Source of the DNA: Azolla caroliniana
Taxonomy: Eukaryota; Plantae; Polypodiophyta
Reading direction: 5' to 3'
Assembly: GCA_043228905.1 (NCBI GenBank)
Contig: JBHGNT010000022.1
Span: forward strand, 6,200,001-6,264,000
DNA: 64,000 bases
Both the position numbers and the translations under genes were made by a program. The notes under the pieces were generated by a model. The model had not been told where the DNA came from and made no database searches. It saw nothing but the letters and a program-made list of their open reading frames with translations. Within the stretch, counting starts at the first letter, position 1; every line of letters starts with the position of its first letter. Shown in pieces: positions 1 to 13,099 of the stretch.

Positions 1-2346
1 GACTGTTCACGCGCAAGGAAAAGGGGAAGAGGAAGATGTCGGAGCACAAGACCGGCAATGGTGAGTCGGAGAGGAGCGGATCCGACTCCGAAAAAGAAGA
101 AGGCGGATCTTCGGCAACAAAGACCGAACCGGCCAAGAATGGCGTCAAACCGGGTAACGAGAAGTTACTCTGGTCTTCCCGCCAGAAGAACCCTGTGAAG
201 CGGTACGCGTACAATGAGTACATGGCGCATCACTACGCGTATATGACCAAGGTGGCAGAAGTGCATGAGCCGGAGAGCTACACAAAAGCGGCAAAGGACG
301 CAATTTGGCGTGCCGCTATGGAGGAAGAAATGTGGGCACTTGATGCCAACGACACATGAGACCTAGTTGACCCTCCCCGACACTATAAACCAATCAGATG
401 TCAGTGGGTGTACAAGGTAAAGTACAATGCCGATGGTTCGGTTAACCGGTACAAGGCCCGGTTAGTGGCGAAGGGATACGCGCAGACCTACGGAATCGAC
501 TACGATGAGACCTTCGCTTCGGTAGTGAAGATGACGACGATTGGTGTGGTGCCGGCAGTTGCTGCGGCAAGGGGGTGGCATCTTCACTAGATGGACGTGA
601 AGAATGCATTTCTTCAAGGAGATCTTGAAGAAGAGGTCTTTATGACCCAACCCCCCGGTTTCCAATCGGAGATGAACAAGTCGGCGGTATGCCGGCTGAA
701 GAAGTCACTTTATGGCCTGAAGCAAGCCCCCCGAGCTTGGACTGCAAAGATCACGCACCGGTTGCATAAGATGGGCTTTGCGGCCTCCAAGTCCGACTCT
801 TTGTTGTTCATCCGGCAAGGTCCGGACGGTCCGGTTTGCATCTTGCTGTATGTTGATGATCTAGTCATCACTGGACCCGGACTCGATGAAATCAGTCAAG
901 TCAAGTCCCAGTTGTCGGATGTATTTGAGATGAAGGACCTGGGGGACCTTCACTATTTCCTTGGGATCGAGGTGATCCGCACCCCCAATGGCATATTGCT
1001 CTCACAAAGACACTATGTGTTGAATATGTTGTACAAGTTCGGCATGACAGAATGCCGACCAATCTGCACACCCCTTGACCGGAACCAGAAGCTCTGTCCT
1101 GACTCCGAACCAGCCTGCGATGAGAAGCGGTTCCGACAAATCGTCGGAAGCCTTATATATTTGACAATCATCCGACCCGACATCAGTTATCTGGTAGCCA
1201 TGATCAACCAATATATGTAGAAGTCGACCGTGGAGCACCTCCTTTACGCGCATCAAATTTTGCAATATGTGAGCGGCACGAAGGACAGGGGCCTGTTATA
1301 CTAGCATGGTATAATCGAAGAGCTAGTCGGCTACACCGATGCCGACTGGGCCGGCGATGCATCAGATCGCTAATCCACCTCCGGCTATATGTTTTCCCTT
1401 GGTAGCGTGGCTGTTACGTGGAGTAGCAAAAGGCAACCAACAGTGGCCCTTTCGAGCACTGAGGCTGAATACCGCGGCACTACCGTTGCCACCTGTGAAG
1501 CCATTTGGCTTCAGCGACTGTTGCAAGACCTACGGATCGAGGTGTTGACCCCGATCCTGATCTACTGAGACAACATAAGCAGCATGCAGCTCGCCAAGAA
1601 CCCCGTATTCCATGCTCGCACAAAGCACATAGAAGTGCATTACCACTTCGTGCATGAGCGTGGCTTGAGCGGTGAAGTCGAACTTCGGTATGTTCATACG
1701 AATCGGCCAGTTGCCGACATCTTCACCAAACCGCTCGGATCGGACAAGTTGCAGCACTTCACCGAAATGCTTGGTGTTCAGCATCTCAACGTGCCACACT
1801 CGAGGGGGAGAACGGGCAAAGACATTGGAACGGGCAAAGGCAAAGAAACTGCCGATTGCACCGGTGAGGGAAGAATTGACAAAGGGAGAGACAGGAAGAA
1901 GAAGGCCAAGACCCGGATATGGTCCGATGTGGGGAAGGGCCTGGAACCGGAAGATAAATCGGGAGCGACCGATTCAGACAAGAGCTGGAATGAATTGGAG
2001 ACAACCGATTCGATTCAACGGGCGGATTCGGAAGAACTGGATCAATTCAAGGCCAAGAGGAGGAGAAGGAAGCGAAATTTGACACCAACACGAAGGAATC
2101 GACGAATCAGGAAGCACCAAAGTCAAAGTAACGAGGGAGCTCATTTGGGCCTGTTGAGCAGACAAGCCGATCGAGGAGGTCGAGCTGCGCACATTCTATG
2201 TACAAAGTTGTTGATAATAGATTTAAGTTGTTCTGCTCTTTCTCTATCTCTCCCGTACCTTCTATGTGTAAATCTCTCTCTCTCTCTCTCTTTGTTGCTA
2301 TCCGAACAAGCCAGTTGTCTAACGCTTCCGCACCTTCGTTTTTACA
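1..2346 (+). mobile_element. Degenerate Ty1/copia LTR retrotransposon, 3' half (RT, RNase H, purine-rich 3' region, 3' LTR remnant)
   Basis: ORFs contain [40 protein letters not shown] and HARTKHIEVHYHF, with several stops. Homology to 63345-63760 breaks at ~2192 (PPT/U3 deleted). The LTR tail ends ...TTTTACA at 2346. Confidence 0.9.
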
Positions 2347-3840
2347 AGAATGAATATTCGGTCGTGTCTCTGTCCTTTAGTTATGAGTCGGCCATCTTTC
2401 TCAATGAAGCATCCTTCGTTGTTGAAACGAACTTGCATACCTTGCTCCACGATTTGGCCGATCGAGACCAAATTCTTTGTTATTGTGGTAACATACGAAA
2501 CATTCTTGATGCAAGTTTGTTCGTCTTCTTTCCTGAATGGGACATTGCTGATGTGCTGAATGGGATGTGTGGTGTCGTCTCCCGTCTCTATGAAGCCTGG
2601 TCGATCCGGTATTCATAAGTTACGAAACCACTCTTGGTGTGACGCACCGGAGTCGACGAACCACACGTCTTCCAAGTTGCAGGTGCTTGTGGAATTGGAG
2701 GTTGACATAGAGTTCGCTCTATCTCTCATTATGAATAGTCCACCGTAGTCGTTGTATTAAGAGTTGGTGACGTAGTTTGTGAGTTGTCGGCTTGTCCAAG
2801 CTGACTCACTTCTCTTCTTTCAACACTCCTCTTCACGGTGGCCGATTTTGCCACAATAGTTGAACATAGTGGGCTTCGTTTACCAACCTTGTTCGGCATG
2901 GAAGCTCTCCCTTTATCCGAAGGTTCGTCGATGGCTTCCGTCTTGTGGTTGAAGGTTTGAGTTACCTTTGAATCGACCTCGTCCTTGGCCACCATCCGAA
3001 TTCGAGAAGCACATTTGTCCTTCCGACGTCTTGCTTTTGGTTCGAACGTGGTTCTCTTCAACCAATGAATTGATTGAAGGTTGAAGAAAGAAGGAGGGTT
3101 TTCCCTTGCCAAGATTATAGTCCTCAACGAATCAAATCGTTGTGTGAGGGCGCCCAAGTATACTTGAACCATCTCGTCTTCGTCGACGTTTATGTTGATG
3201 GAACCAAGTGAGTCGCAAATGCTCTCGATCTTGGCAGTGTAGTCCCACATGGACATATCTGTTTGCCGAATGTTGTTCAACTCTTGTCGGAGTTGAACCT
3301 TTCGTGTGATCATGTTGGCAGCGAACATCTTCTTCAAGTTCTCCCACGCCTCTTTAGGTGCCTTGGCGTCTCGAATGTGCCTAAGCATGTGGTCATGGAC
3401 ACATGTTGCCAAGAAAATACATTACCCCATTCGCTTCTTGCTCCCATGTTGGGTAGTTGGTGTTTGTGATGTCGGGTTTGTTTTCGAGTGTGTTGCTGAT
3501 GTAGCTCCAATACCCTTGGCTGACTAGGTATTGGTTCATCTTGTACTACTAAGATGAATAATTGCTCCAGTTTAGCTTTTCACTAGGGTGCGAGCTACCC
3601 ATTTGTGTGTTCATGTTGATTAGTGTCATGTATTCTTTTTCTTCTTTGGTTTTTCTTCCTTCGATCACGTACACATGCTACGTAGCGGCACTATGGTAGC
3701 AGATAGCCGGATTTTTCGTCGGCGTCTTGAACAGACAATCACAGAGTTGGGTGGGCTTAGTGGATTTTCTAAACCACATGCTCTGATACCATGTTAAGAA
3801 TTAAGTAATTAACTACGGGTTAATTAGTACCTAATTATGT
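2347..3840 (-). mobile_element. Degenerate Ty1/copia 5' part (gag/protease) with tRNA-iMet PBS and LTR stub
   Basis: ORF 2729-3412 is a copia gag (PKEAWENLKKMF, RQELNNIRQ). Protease-type WFVDSGASHH is readable on - near 2640-2665. PBS TGGTATCAGAGC is at 3780-3791(-), next to an LTR end at 3792. Confidence 0.85.
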
Positions 3841-4069
3841 GATTAAGTAGTGGTGGGCTTAGTGGATTTTCTAAACCACATGCTCTGTACACTGTTACGC
3901 GCTCTCTCTTTTCTTGCACCAACAACAGTAACAATAACAACAGTAATCTAAAAGTTTGCCCTAAGTCATATTTATAATAATATGACTTTTCGGCTATTTA
4001 CAAATATAGCCTCCATCGACTCTCAGAAACATATTTACGAATATGTCTCTTCATCCGATGAGCATTCCT

Positions 4070-4277
4070 CACCGGGTCTGCACCATCCGGCTCTCCGTAG
4101 CCGGGTACTCCTCATCCGGTCTTCACCGGGTCTGCACCATCCGGCTCTCCGTAGCCGGGTACTCCTCATCCGGTCTTCACTGGGTCTGCACCATCCGGCT
4201 CTCTGTAGCCGGATACTCCTCATCCGGTCTTCACCGGGTTTGCACCATCCGGCTCTTCGTGGCCGGGTACTCGTCAT
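4070..4277. repeat. 54-bp tandem repeat, ~3.8 copies, probably within an LTR fragment
   Basis: Unit CACCGGGTCTGCACCATCCGGCTCTCCGTAGCCGGGTACTCCTCATCCGGTCTT starts at 4070, 4124, 4178 and 4232. The overlapping ORFs show 18-aa periodicity. Confidence 0.95.
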
Positions 4278-4339
4278 ACGATTTCGGCCTCGGCCAAGTT
4301 TGTTCATCAGCACTGTTCTTCTCCTTTCCCATCCGGAGG

Positions 4340-7300
4340 GACCTGTCTCCCAACAGAAGTATCGTCATTACGTCGATGTGTTCGATAAAGTACAAGCCAA
4401 CAGACTTCCTCATCATCGACTGTACGATTGCCCCATCGATTTACAACCGGGAAAAGAGCCGCCATGGGGACCGATCTACAATTTGTCACCAACCGAGCTG
4501 GAAGTCCTTCAGGCCTATATAGAGGAGAATTTGGAAAATGGTTTCATTCGGCATTCGAAATCTCCAGCTGGCGCGCCCATTTTCTTCGTCAAGAAAAAGG
4601 ATGGATCATTTCGTCTCGTTGTAGATTATTGTGGCCTGAATAAGGTTACAATCAGGAATAGGTATGCTCTTCCCCTTATCTCAAGTCTTTTAGAACAGAT
4701 CAATGGTGCCAGGTTCTTCACGAAGATCGACTTACGGGACCTCATACGAATCCGACCAGGAGACGAATGGAAGACCGCGTTTCGCACCAGATATGGGCAC
4801 TTTGAGTATACGGTCATGCCATTCGGCCTCATTGTTTGATCATCTATTTGGATGATCTACTGGTTTATTCAAAGACCCAAGAAGAACATGATTCTCATGT
4901 ACTATTAGTACTAAAACGACTTCGAGAACATGGTCTGTATGCAAAGCTGGAAAAATGTAGTTTCGGGTGCAACCAAGTGGAATTTCTCGGGTACATCATT
5001 TCGTCAGAAGGCATCTTCGTGGACCCAGCTAAGGTCAAAACGGTGGTAGAATGGCAGACTCCGCGTTCGATGCGGGATGTGCAATGCTTCCTAGGCTTTG
5101 CCAATTTTTACCGGAAGTTCATACAAGATTACTCAAAGATCGTTCTACCTCTCACACAACTTACCAGGAAGGGACAACCGTTCATCTAGTCTGAAGAAAC
5201 GGACATGGCTTTTGAGAGTCTCAAAAAGGCATTTACATCGGCTCCAATTCTAGCTCATGTCGATCCGGAAAAACCATTCATTATCGAAGTTGACGCATCG
5301 GATTTTGCATTGGGGAGCATTCTATCACAACAGGGGAATGATGAGAAGCTACATCCTGTGGCTTTTCACTCACGCAAGTTTGACACTGCCAAAATCAACT
5401 ACGAAATTCATGATAAGGAGCTATTGGCAATAGTGGATTCTTTTATGCAATGGAGGCATTTTTTGGAGGGATCCTCTCATTCGGTCACTGTATTTAGTGA
5501 CCACAAGAACCTTGCCTACTTTCAGGATGCTCGTGTGTTGAATCGACGTCAAGCTCGGTGGGCCCACTTCCTCCCGCGTTTCGAATTCAAAATTACATAT
5601 CGTCCGGGGAAGCACCAAGGGAAGGCAGATGCATTATCACGGCGTTCGTATCTAGCACCCCGTCCCGGCGAGCCAGCTTTCGATAACCAAAAACAAGTCA
5701 TCTTGGGACTGGCACGACTACAAGCAACACAGATCTTTGACATGCCCATGGATTCCCGCGTTATCGATACCATACGCGAAGACTTGAAGACAGATGCGTT
5801 TGCCCAAGCTATACTAGCACAAATTGATCCCTCTCGCACGTCGTGTTCACAGTCGCAACCACCAGGTACAGACTATTGGCAATTCAAATACCATGATGGA
5901 TTACTCTTCTATAAAGAACTTTTGTATGTTCCTAATGGTTCTTGCCGCCTTCAAGTAGTACAAAACTGTCATGACACATATACAGTTGGGCATTTTGGTA
6001 GTACTAAAACATTACATTTAGTACAACGATCATTCTGGTGGCCCTGTATGCGACAATTTGTCGAGGATTTTGTTCGGACTTGTGATACATGCTGCAGAGC
6101 GAAAATGCCAAGGCATCATCCATATGGTTTATTAGAACCATTACCAATTCCAAGCAAGCCGTGGCAATCCATTGCTCTAGACTTCATCACAGATCTTCCA
6201 GTCTCTAAGGGGTTCAATGCGATTCTAACAGTGGTCAATCGATATACAAAGATGGCTCATTTCTTGCCATGTACTAAGGAGATCTCCAGTGAAGACACTG
6301 CTGAAATTGTCATGCGTGAAGTATGTCGGCATCATGGACTTCCCGATAGTATCATCAACGACCGTGGACCCCAGTTCGTGTTAAAATTCTAGAAGCACCT
6401 TTTTAACATGCTCAAGGTCACTTGTAACCTCTCCTCCGGCTACCACCCCCAAACCGATGGCCAAGCCGAACGAACCAATCAAACGCTGGAGCAGTATCTG
6501 CAGTGCTTTCTCAGCTATCATCAGGATGACTGGGCAGATATTCTCCACTTCACCGAATTTGCCTATAACAACTCTATCCACGCATCCACTAAAGTTACGC
6601 CATTTTATGCTTATACGGGATGTCACCCCCGGTGGTGTGTACTTGAAACCCTAGAGGTGTCCACAAATCCTTGCGCAGAAGATCGTTTGGAGAAGTTACG
6701 CAAGATACAAGCGGATGTATCTACTCACCTCCAACAAGCTCAACAAACACACAAGGTTTATGCGGATCCTCATCGACTCCCATCTAGTTTTAACATTGGA
6801 GATCGGGTATGGCTACTCCGACGACACTTCAAGAACACTCGCCCATGCGAGAAGTTGGATTATCGGTGATTAGGTCCTTTCCGTATTATAGGAAAGATTA
6901 ATGATGTCGCTTTTTGTCTTGATCTACCTCCACAACTTCGGATACATCCGGTGTTTCATAGTTCTCTCCTCGAACCCTATCAAGAGAGCACCATCCCAGG
7001 ACGTATTACACAGCCTCCACCCCCAATCGAGCTTGAAGATGGACCTGAGTACGAGGTTGCCGCCATCCTTGATTCCAAGCTTGTTCGCAACAAGCTCTAC
7101 TATCTAGTCGATTGGCTAGGATATAGTCCCAACAAGCGTACTTGGGAACCGATAGAGAATGTCACCAATGCTCGAGCTATTCTTGAAGACTTCCATCGTC
7201 AATATCCAGACAAACCGGGTCCTCAATCCAAAACGACTTGTTACACTCGTCGTTTTAAAGGGGGGATAGTGTCATGATATGGCAAGACTCGAACCCATGA

Positions 7301-7668
7301 CCTTATGCTACATGGGTCGAGCTCTTGACCATTAGACTATACGTTGTAATACGTAAAATATTATTTTCATTTATGTTTTATTATAGAAAATTGATGTATA
7401 TTCCAGATTTCTCTGGAACATTCTAGAAACTTCAGGAGTATTCCTTAGAACAAGGCATTATTTCGAACCAAATCGGTTCAACGCCAGTCTTAAGCCTCCT
7501 AGCTACTATACATTTTCTTCACATAATATATATCTTTTCTTATCATCACTCTCTCTCTCTCCCTCCCTTTCACTCACTCTTTCCTTCTCTCGAGAGTTCT
7601 TCACCTCTCTTAGTACTAATACTTCTTTTATTACTAATTCCTTCTCTGTCTTAGTACTGTTCCTGACA
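4340..7668 (+). mobile_element. 5'-truncated Ty3/gypsy chromovirus (Tcn1-like): RT-RNaseH-integrase-chromodomain, PPT, 3' LTR 7270-7668
   Basis: [26 protein letters not shown], integrase HHCC, YHPQTDGQAER, chromodomain EYEVAAILD...YLVDWLGY...TWEP. PPT AAAGGGGGGATAG at 7257-7269. LTR has TGTCA...TGACA termini. Confidence 0.92.
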
Positions 7669-10600
7669 GTCGACCAGTTGTTCGGCTATGACGTGGTGAT
7701 ATAGCAGTTCACGATCCTTCGTGTCGCTCACATATCTGAGTAACCGGTGTGTGCACTGAAGGTGTTCGAATGTCGGCCTCTACATAAACTAACTATCATC
7801 CGGACCTGATAGCTAAGATCGAGTCGGGTGATGGTTAAGTAGATGAGGCTTCCCACAATTTGTCGGAACCGTTTTGCATCGCAGGCCGCTCCTGAGTCAT
7901 GGCGAAGCTTCAAGTTTCAATCAAGAGGAGTTGTGACGGATTTACAATCCTTCATGTTGAACTTAAAGAGCATACTCAATACGTAATGTCATTGACTAAT
8001 CAGTATGCCTTTTGGGGTATGGATCACTTCGATCCCGAGGAAGTAGTAAAGGTTCCCCAAATCCTTCATCTCAAATGCGTCGGACAATTGGGACTTTAAT
8101 CGCTAGCACCACACGATTGTCATCATCTTCGCAACTAGTGCGAAGTCTCGTTGTAATCGATGCCATGGGTCTACCAATATCCCTTAGCCACCAATCGGGC
8201 CTTATATCGGTTGACCAAGCCGTCGGCGTTGTACTTTAATTTGTACACCCAATTGCACCCTAATCAGCTTGTAGTGTTCGGGAGGGTCAACCAAGTCTCA
8301 TGTCTTGTTGGCATCTAGTGCCCGCATTTCCTCCTCCATGGCCGATCACCATTTGGCATCCTGTGATGCCTCCATGTAGCTCTTCGGCTCATGGACTTCT
8401 ACCACTTTCCACGTGTACACATAGTGATGTGCCATGTACTCATTGTATCCATACCGGATCACCGGGTGCTTGTGGCGAGTCGATCTGCGTAGCTTCTCAT
8501 TCGCCGATTTCAGGGCCCTTTTGGCCGCATCTGACCTCAACTCTTCAGGCTCCTTTTCACCCTAGTTAGTGTCAGATTCTCTGCACCTCTGTTTGTGCCC
8601 TACTCTGGCAACTTCATCTTCCCCTTCTCCTTGCGCGTATACCGTCTCCTCGGTTTATGGCGCGGGGACTACACGGCCAAGTCTTCACTGCTCGCCGGCT
8701 CTTCATCTGATTGGCCGTTCCGGGTCAGTTCTTCATTCGGCCCAGTTAGTAGAAATGAAACCAGACTCTCATTTGAAGTGTCGATTTCTTCTTCTTCAAC
8801 CATCATCATAGCCTCACTAACCGCATTCTAAGTAATCGGCACGGCGTGGGGTTTCAGAAATGGTAGAGAATACCAGGATGTCAATTCATCAAAGACAACG
8901 TCGCGGCTTACTCGAACTTGCTTCGTCCGGGGGTTGTAGCATTTGTACCCCTTCTTTTGATGAGAGTAGCCGACCAAGATACACTTCTCTGATTTGGGCA
9001 TGCTCTTCTCTTCTATCATTTCCCGAGTTGCTTCCATAATTGACCGATTCTTTCTTTCGGTTACGCCATTATGCTCTAGCGTATATCTGCCGCTAAATTC
9101 GCGTCAAATTCCCATCTGTTGCAGTTAATAATTGAATTGGCTGGAAAAGTATTCTTTTCCACCATCCGACCACAGACACTTGATCTTTCTCTCTGTTTCC
9201 CTTTCCACTAAACTTATCAAGTTCTAGAAATAGCCGAAGTCATCACTCTTCCTCTCTATGAGATAGATCCAGGTGTGTCGGTTATAGTCGTCGATGAAGG
9301 AGACGAAGTATCGACTCCTACCTATACTCACATTTTGTGTTGGTCCCCACACATCCGAGTATATTAGATCGAGCTTTTTACGGCTCCAATTTTGTTCATT
9401 GGGGAAAGGACACGATGTTGCTTCTCTAGTTAATAGGCTTCACAAACTTGGGCCTTCCAGCCATTGAATTTCGGTAGGCCAAACACAATTTGTTTCGCTT
9501 GCAATTCCTGAAGCCTTTGATAATTGGCTGATCAATCCGCTTATGCCACAAGTCAATATCCGATTCGACTTTTTGTCCTTTGGTGAACATTAGGGAGCCG
9601 ACGTCATTTGTGTCAAGGATGAACATCCTCCCTTCCCGTCCCCTTGTGTGATGATTTCTCCTTCTCCTTCTTTTACAATGAAGCAGCCAAGGTGGGTGTT
9701 CACCGAACCTGCATTCCTTGGTCGACAATTTGTCCGACCAACAACAAATTCTTGGTGATTGTCGGAACGTGTAGGACATTCATCAGCCCCCCCTTCTAGT
9801 CGACATGGCTCAAGGGGACGTCTCCGACATGCGCAATGGGATGTGTGGAGTCGTCACCGGTTTAAACGAATCCTCACTATTCTGGTTTCTCAAGGTATGA
9901 AAACCACCCTTCGTGGCTCGTCACGTGATTCGATGCTCTAGAATTGACATACCACACCTCGATCAGTTTCGATGTGCTTGTCTTCTTAAAGTTGACCTTA
10001 TGCTTCATTTCAAATGCAGGACCCGTTCTGGCTTGATTCGAGCCTTCAGCGAAGTGCGATCGTTGTCAGTTTCCCAACGTTATGCTCGACTCGGTTTTAT
10101 CGGAGTTGGCCTTATTCTTCCAGCACTCACTTTTCTTGTGACTCTTCCGGCCACAGTACCAGTACTTGGTGGATTTGTTTTGCCTGCCTCCATCACCACC
10201 CTAACTCCCCCTGATTGTGGAGGCTCCATTGTTGTCGGCACTTCCTCTGTGCTTCCAGTTTTGCTCTAGTTGGCCACCACCATTGCATGCCGATCCACCG
10301 TGTTCTCCACGACCACGAGGCCTATCTACCTCCGTGTATAGCATTTGGTTGTCCGACTATGTGCCCCTTGATGCACTAGCTTGGTTCTCTTCGACCATAA
10401 GCATCGATTGCAAGTCGAAGAACGACGACGGTTTCTCCCTCATGCAAATCGCTATCCGGATCGGCCTGTAACTCGGAGCTAGACCACCAAGGCAGATCTA
10501 TACCATCTCTTCCTCGTCAACCGACACATTGATGGACCCCCAGGGCATTACAAACATCCTTGATCTTAGTGGTGTAGTTGGTTACCGACATATCCTTCTG

Positions 10601-12305
10601 CCTGATATTATTGAGGTCTTGGTGAAGCTCCAACTTCCAGGTCGTGGTACTTGCGGCAAAAAATTTCTTCTGATTTTCCCATGCCTCCTTTGGCGTTTTT
10701 GCATCCTGAATATAGCCCAACATCTGATCATGCACACAGGATGCAAGGCAGTACAAGACTCTACTTGCGCCTTGTTCCCAAACTGGAAATTCCTTGTGTG
10801 CCAATTACAACACTACTTTGTTTTCTCCCTGGATGTAACACTAGTAGCCATGCCTGAGCAGGTACTGGAGCATCTTGTATTCCCAAGACTCATCGTTGCT
10901 TCTGTCCACCTTTTCTGTTAGAAGAGCACCACCCATTCCTCTGTTCATCTTTCTGTTCTTTCTTTTCCGGAGCCTTGTTGAAGACTTGTGTCTGGACGAC
11001 TGCAGAGGATTCTTTTCAACACTCATGCTCTGATACCATGTAAAAGATTACATGTGGACACTTATGAACTAACAGTTAGTCGGTTATCCGAAAACTAAAC
11101 AGAACAATTCGTTAACACAGAATACAAAGTAGTAAGAAGAGAGAGAGACTAAGTAAGAGCAGACAATGAAATTCATTTTACAGAAAATGCTCAGTATTTT
11201 ACATAGTGCTTAAGTGCACTTTATATATACATGCCCATTTGTTAGGCTTGTGATGAAGTACTAACATGTACTTCAGTGCTCTTAAAAGAGCATCTGACAT
11301 TGATTGCCTATGTTCGACCTATTTAATAAAATAGGTCTACTTCGACACGTGTGACGTTGCGGATTGGCTTCCACAGTCGTTCTGTCATCTGGTCTGTCAT
11401 CTAGATACGGTGTCGCGATATTCCACGAGCGCGTGTAGGATCCGAGGCGGGACCACAAGGGTCTTGAACTAGGTAGTTGAGGAGAAGGAATAAGACACGA
11501 AACGGAAGCTTAGCTCAAGAGGAGAGGAGAATGAATATGATATGAAGATTGAACAAGAGATGGATGGAGGCAAAATACTCAATAAGCTATATTAAGAAAA
11601 CACAAACGAATACAACCATGGCGGCATAGGTGAAAACCCAACGACTACAAGAAACCCTAACCGGATAAGTAAAGTAAAGAAGATGAATAAGGAAACCCTA
11701 AGCGAAACCCTAACCCTAAACCGAAATGGGAAGAAGAAGAACCCTTGAACTATGTGGTATACCTTTCACACTCAAAAATAGGCAACCCCTTCACAAGTGA
11801 CGCCTCACTCCCTTTTATAGTAGTAAGGGGTGAGCACATTACAAGAGGGAGTCAAATCCCCTTTCATTTAATGGGGAATATCTCCCTTGATCTTAAATCG
11901 GTGGGCCTTAACTCTCTCTCTCCTATCACATTCACTCTCAATGCCCACTACTCATTCTACTCTACAAAGTGCACATCACATTTATGCCTCTACGAACTTC
12001 GTGGTGCACCTTTAGCACCTTAGATTATTACCCTTCCCATTACATTTTGTTTACTTATTCTTATTACACAAATTTACAAGTGCATGTGTAATGTTGCACA
12101 TCCCCATTTTATTTGTCCCTCCCGGTTTTCTCACCGTAACCGGAAATCTTCATGACAACGGTATCCGGCTTCTTCAGCCGATCCGGCATTAAGTCCGGAG
12201 CTTAGGCTTATCAACCTAAGTGGGCCTAGCCAAACTGATCGATTCAGGTCTGGCCTACCTGCTTGTCCAACCACTCCGGCCCATGTTGAGCTTGCTCGGT
12301 CAACA
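7669..12305 (-). mobile_element. Degenerate Ty1/copia (gag, integrase, deleted RT) with PBS 11027-11038 and 5' LTR 11039-12305
   Basis: Minus ORFs FRQIVGSLIYLTITR, YGYNEYMAHHY, KCILVGYS..KGYKCY..VSRDVVFDE and a gag ORF at 10517-10804. PBS TGGTATCAGAGC. LTR starts TGTTGA at 12305 and ends TTTTACA at 11039. Confidence 0.88.
11411..12157 (-). mobile_element. Solo LTR of a non-chromovirus gypsy family nested in the copia 5' LTR
   Basis: TGTCGCG...ATGACA termini with ACGG duplicated on both sides. The first ~70 bp resemble the LTR at 60022 (GGCGGGACCAC...GGTCT..ACTAG). Confidence 0.75.
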
Positions 12306-13099
12306 TGCTTGTAACAAATTAATTAATGCACAGGCCATTGTCAACGATGAATGAATGACACTTTTTTGAGATCAACTCAATCATTTTTTTCATTGTTTTA
12401 TTCAATGATATTCGCATATATGGTCGTACTTTAGATGAAGATTACACTCATGGTTGTTTTAACCTGCAAAAATTGTGAGACAAGCATTTCTAAGCAAACA
12501 TGTTAAAAAAAGATAACTTATTATCAGAAATCTCATCCAAGACTTTGCTTTTTCCATTTTTTATCACAAAGGTTAAATGAACACAGTTTGTTTTTCAAAA
12601 AAGGAGCTACTTTCCCATTAGTTATGAGAGTTGTTTACAAAAAGACTGTACAAGTATATAAATCGAGGAATCACCCCCCGATTGAGTTCAAGAATATGGA
12701 ACTACACAAATATCCTATCTTACTTTCTACTTAATGTAAGTAGGTATTTAGAGCTATAAACTAGTGGCAATCATCACCGACCAGCACAAGTCTAATCCTC
12801 TGGCCTTCAACGGAGGGAGGGTGGGAGGTGAGTAGGAAACAACCAGCATGGGTCTTGGTAGTTCCACCTCAAGGTGTTTCATCCTTGCGTCACCATCGGT
12901 GTGTTCGTCCATTTCTGCCAAAAGCATAAGCACGCAGTGACCACGTCGTTAGAGTGGCCACAAACCTCGTCCAACTCCCCTCATAGGCAACTGATAATCA
13001 TGAGCCAAATATCCATGATCAATTCCACTAGGGGGCATACCAGAGCTTGAAAGACCTTTAAGCAACGTGTTAAATGAATACAATTGTCAATGTTATTAG

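Noticed and set aside
1584-2618. 344-aa ORF as a novel or env-like gene
   Set aside because: It runs from the RNase H end across a deletion, an LTR remnant and the antisense strand of another copia, so it is a chance read-through.
4070-4277. CRISPR-like appearance of tandem arrays (also 15091-15330 and 60290-61030)
   Set aside because: Contiguous repeats with no unique spacers, in a eukaryotic context with no cas genes.
3982-4839. Repeat-RT fusion protein
   Set aside because: The junction of an LTR-like fragment with a truncated chromovirus pol; RT is frameshifted shortly afterwards.
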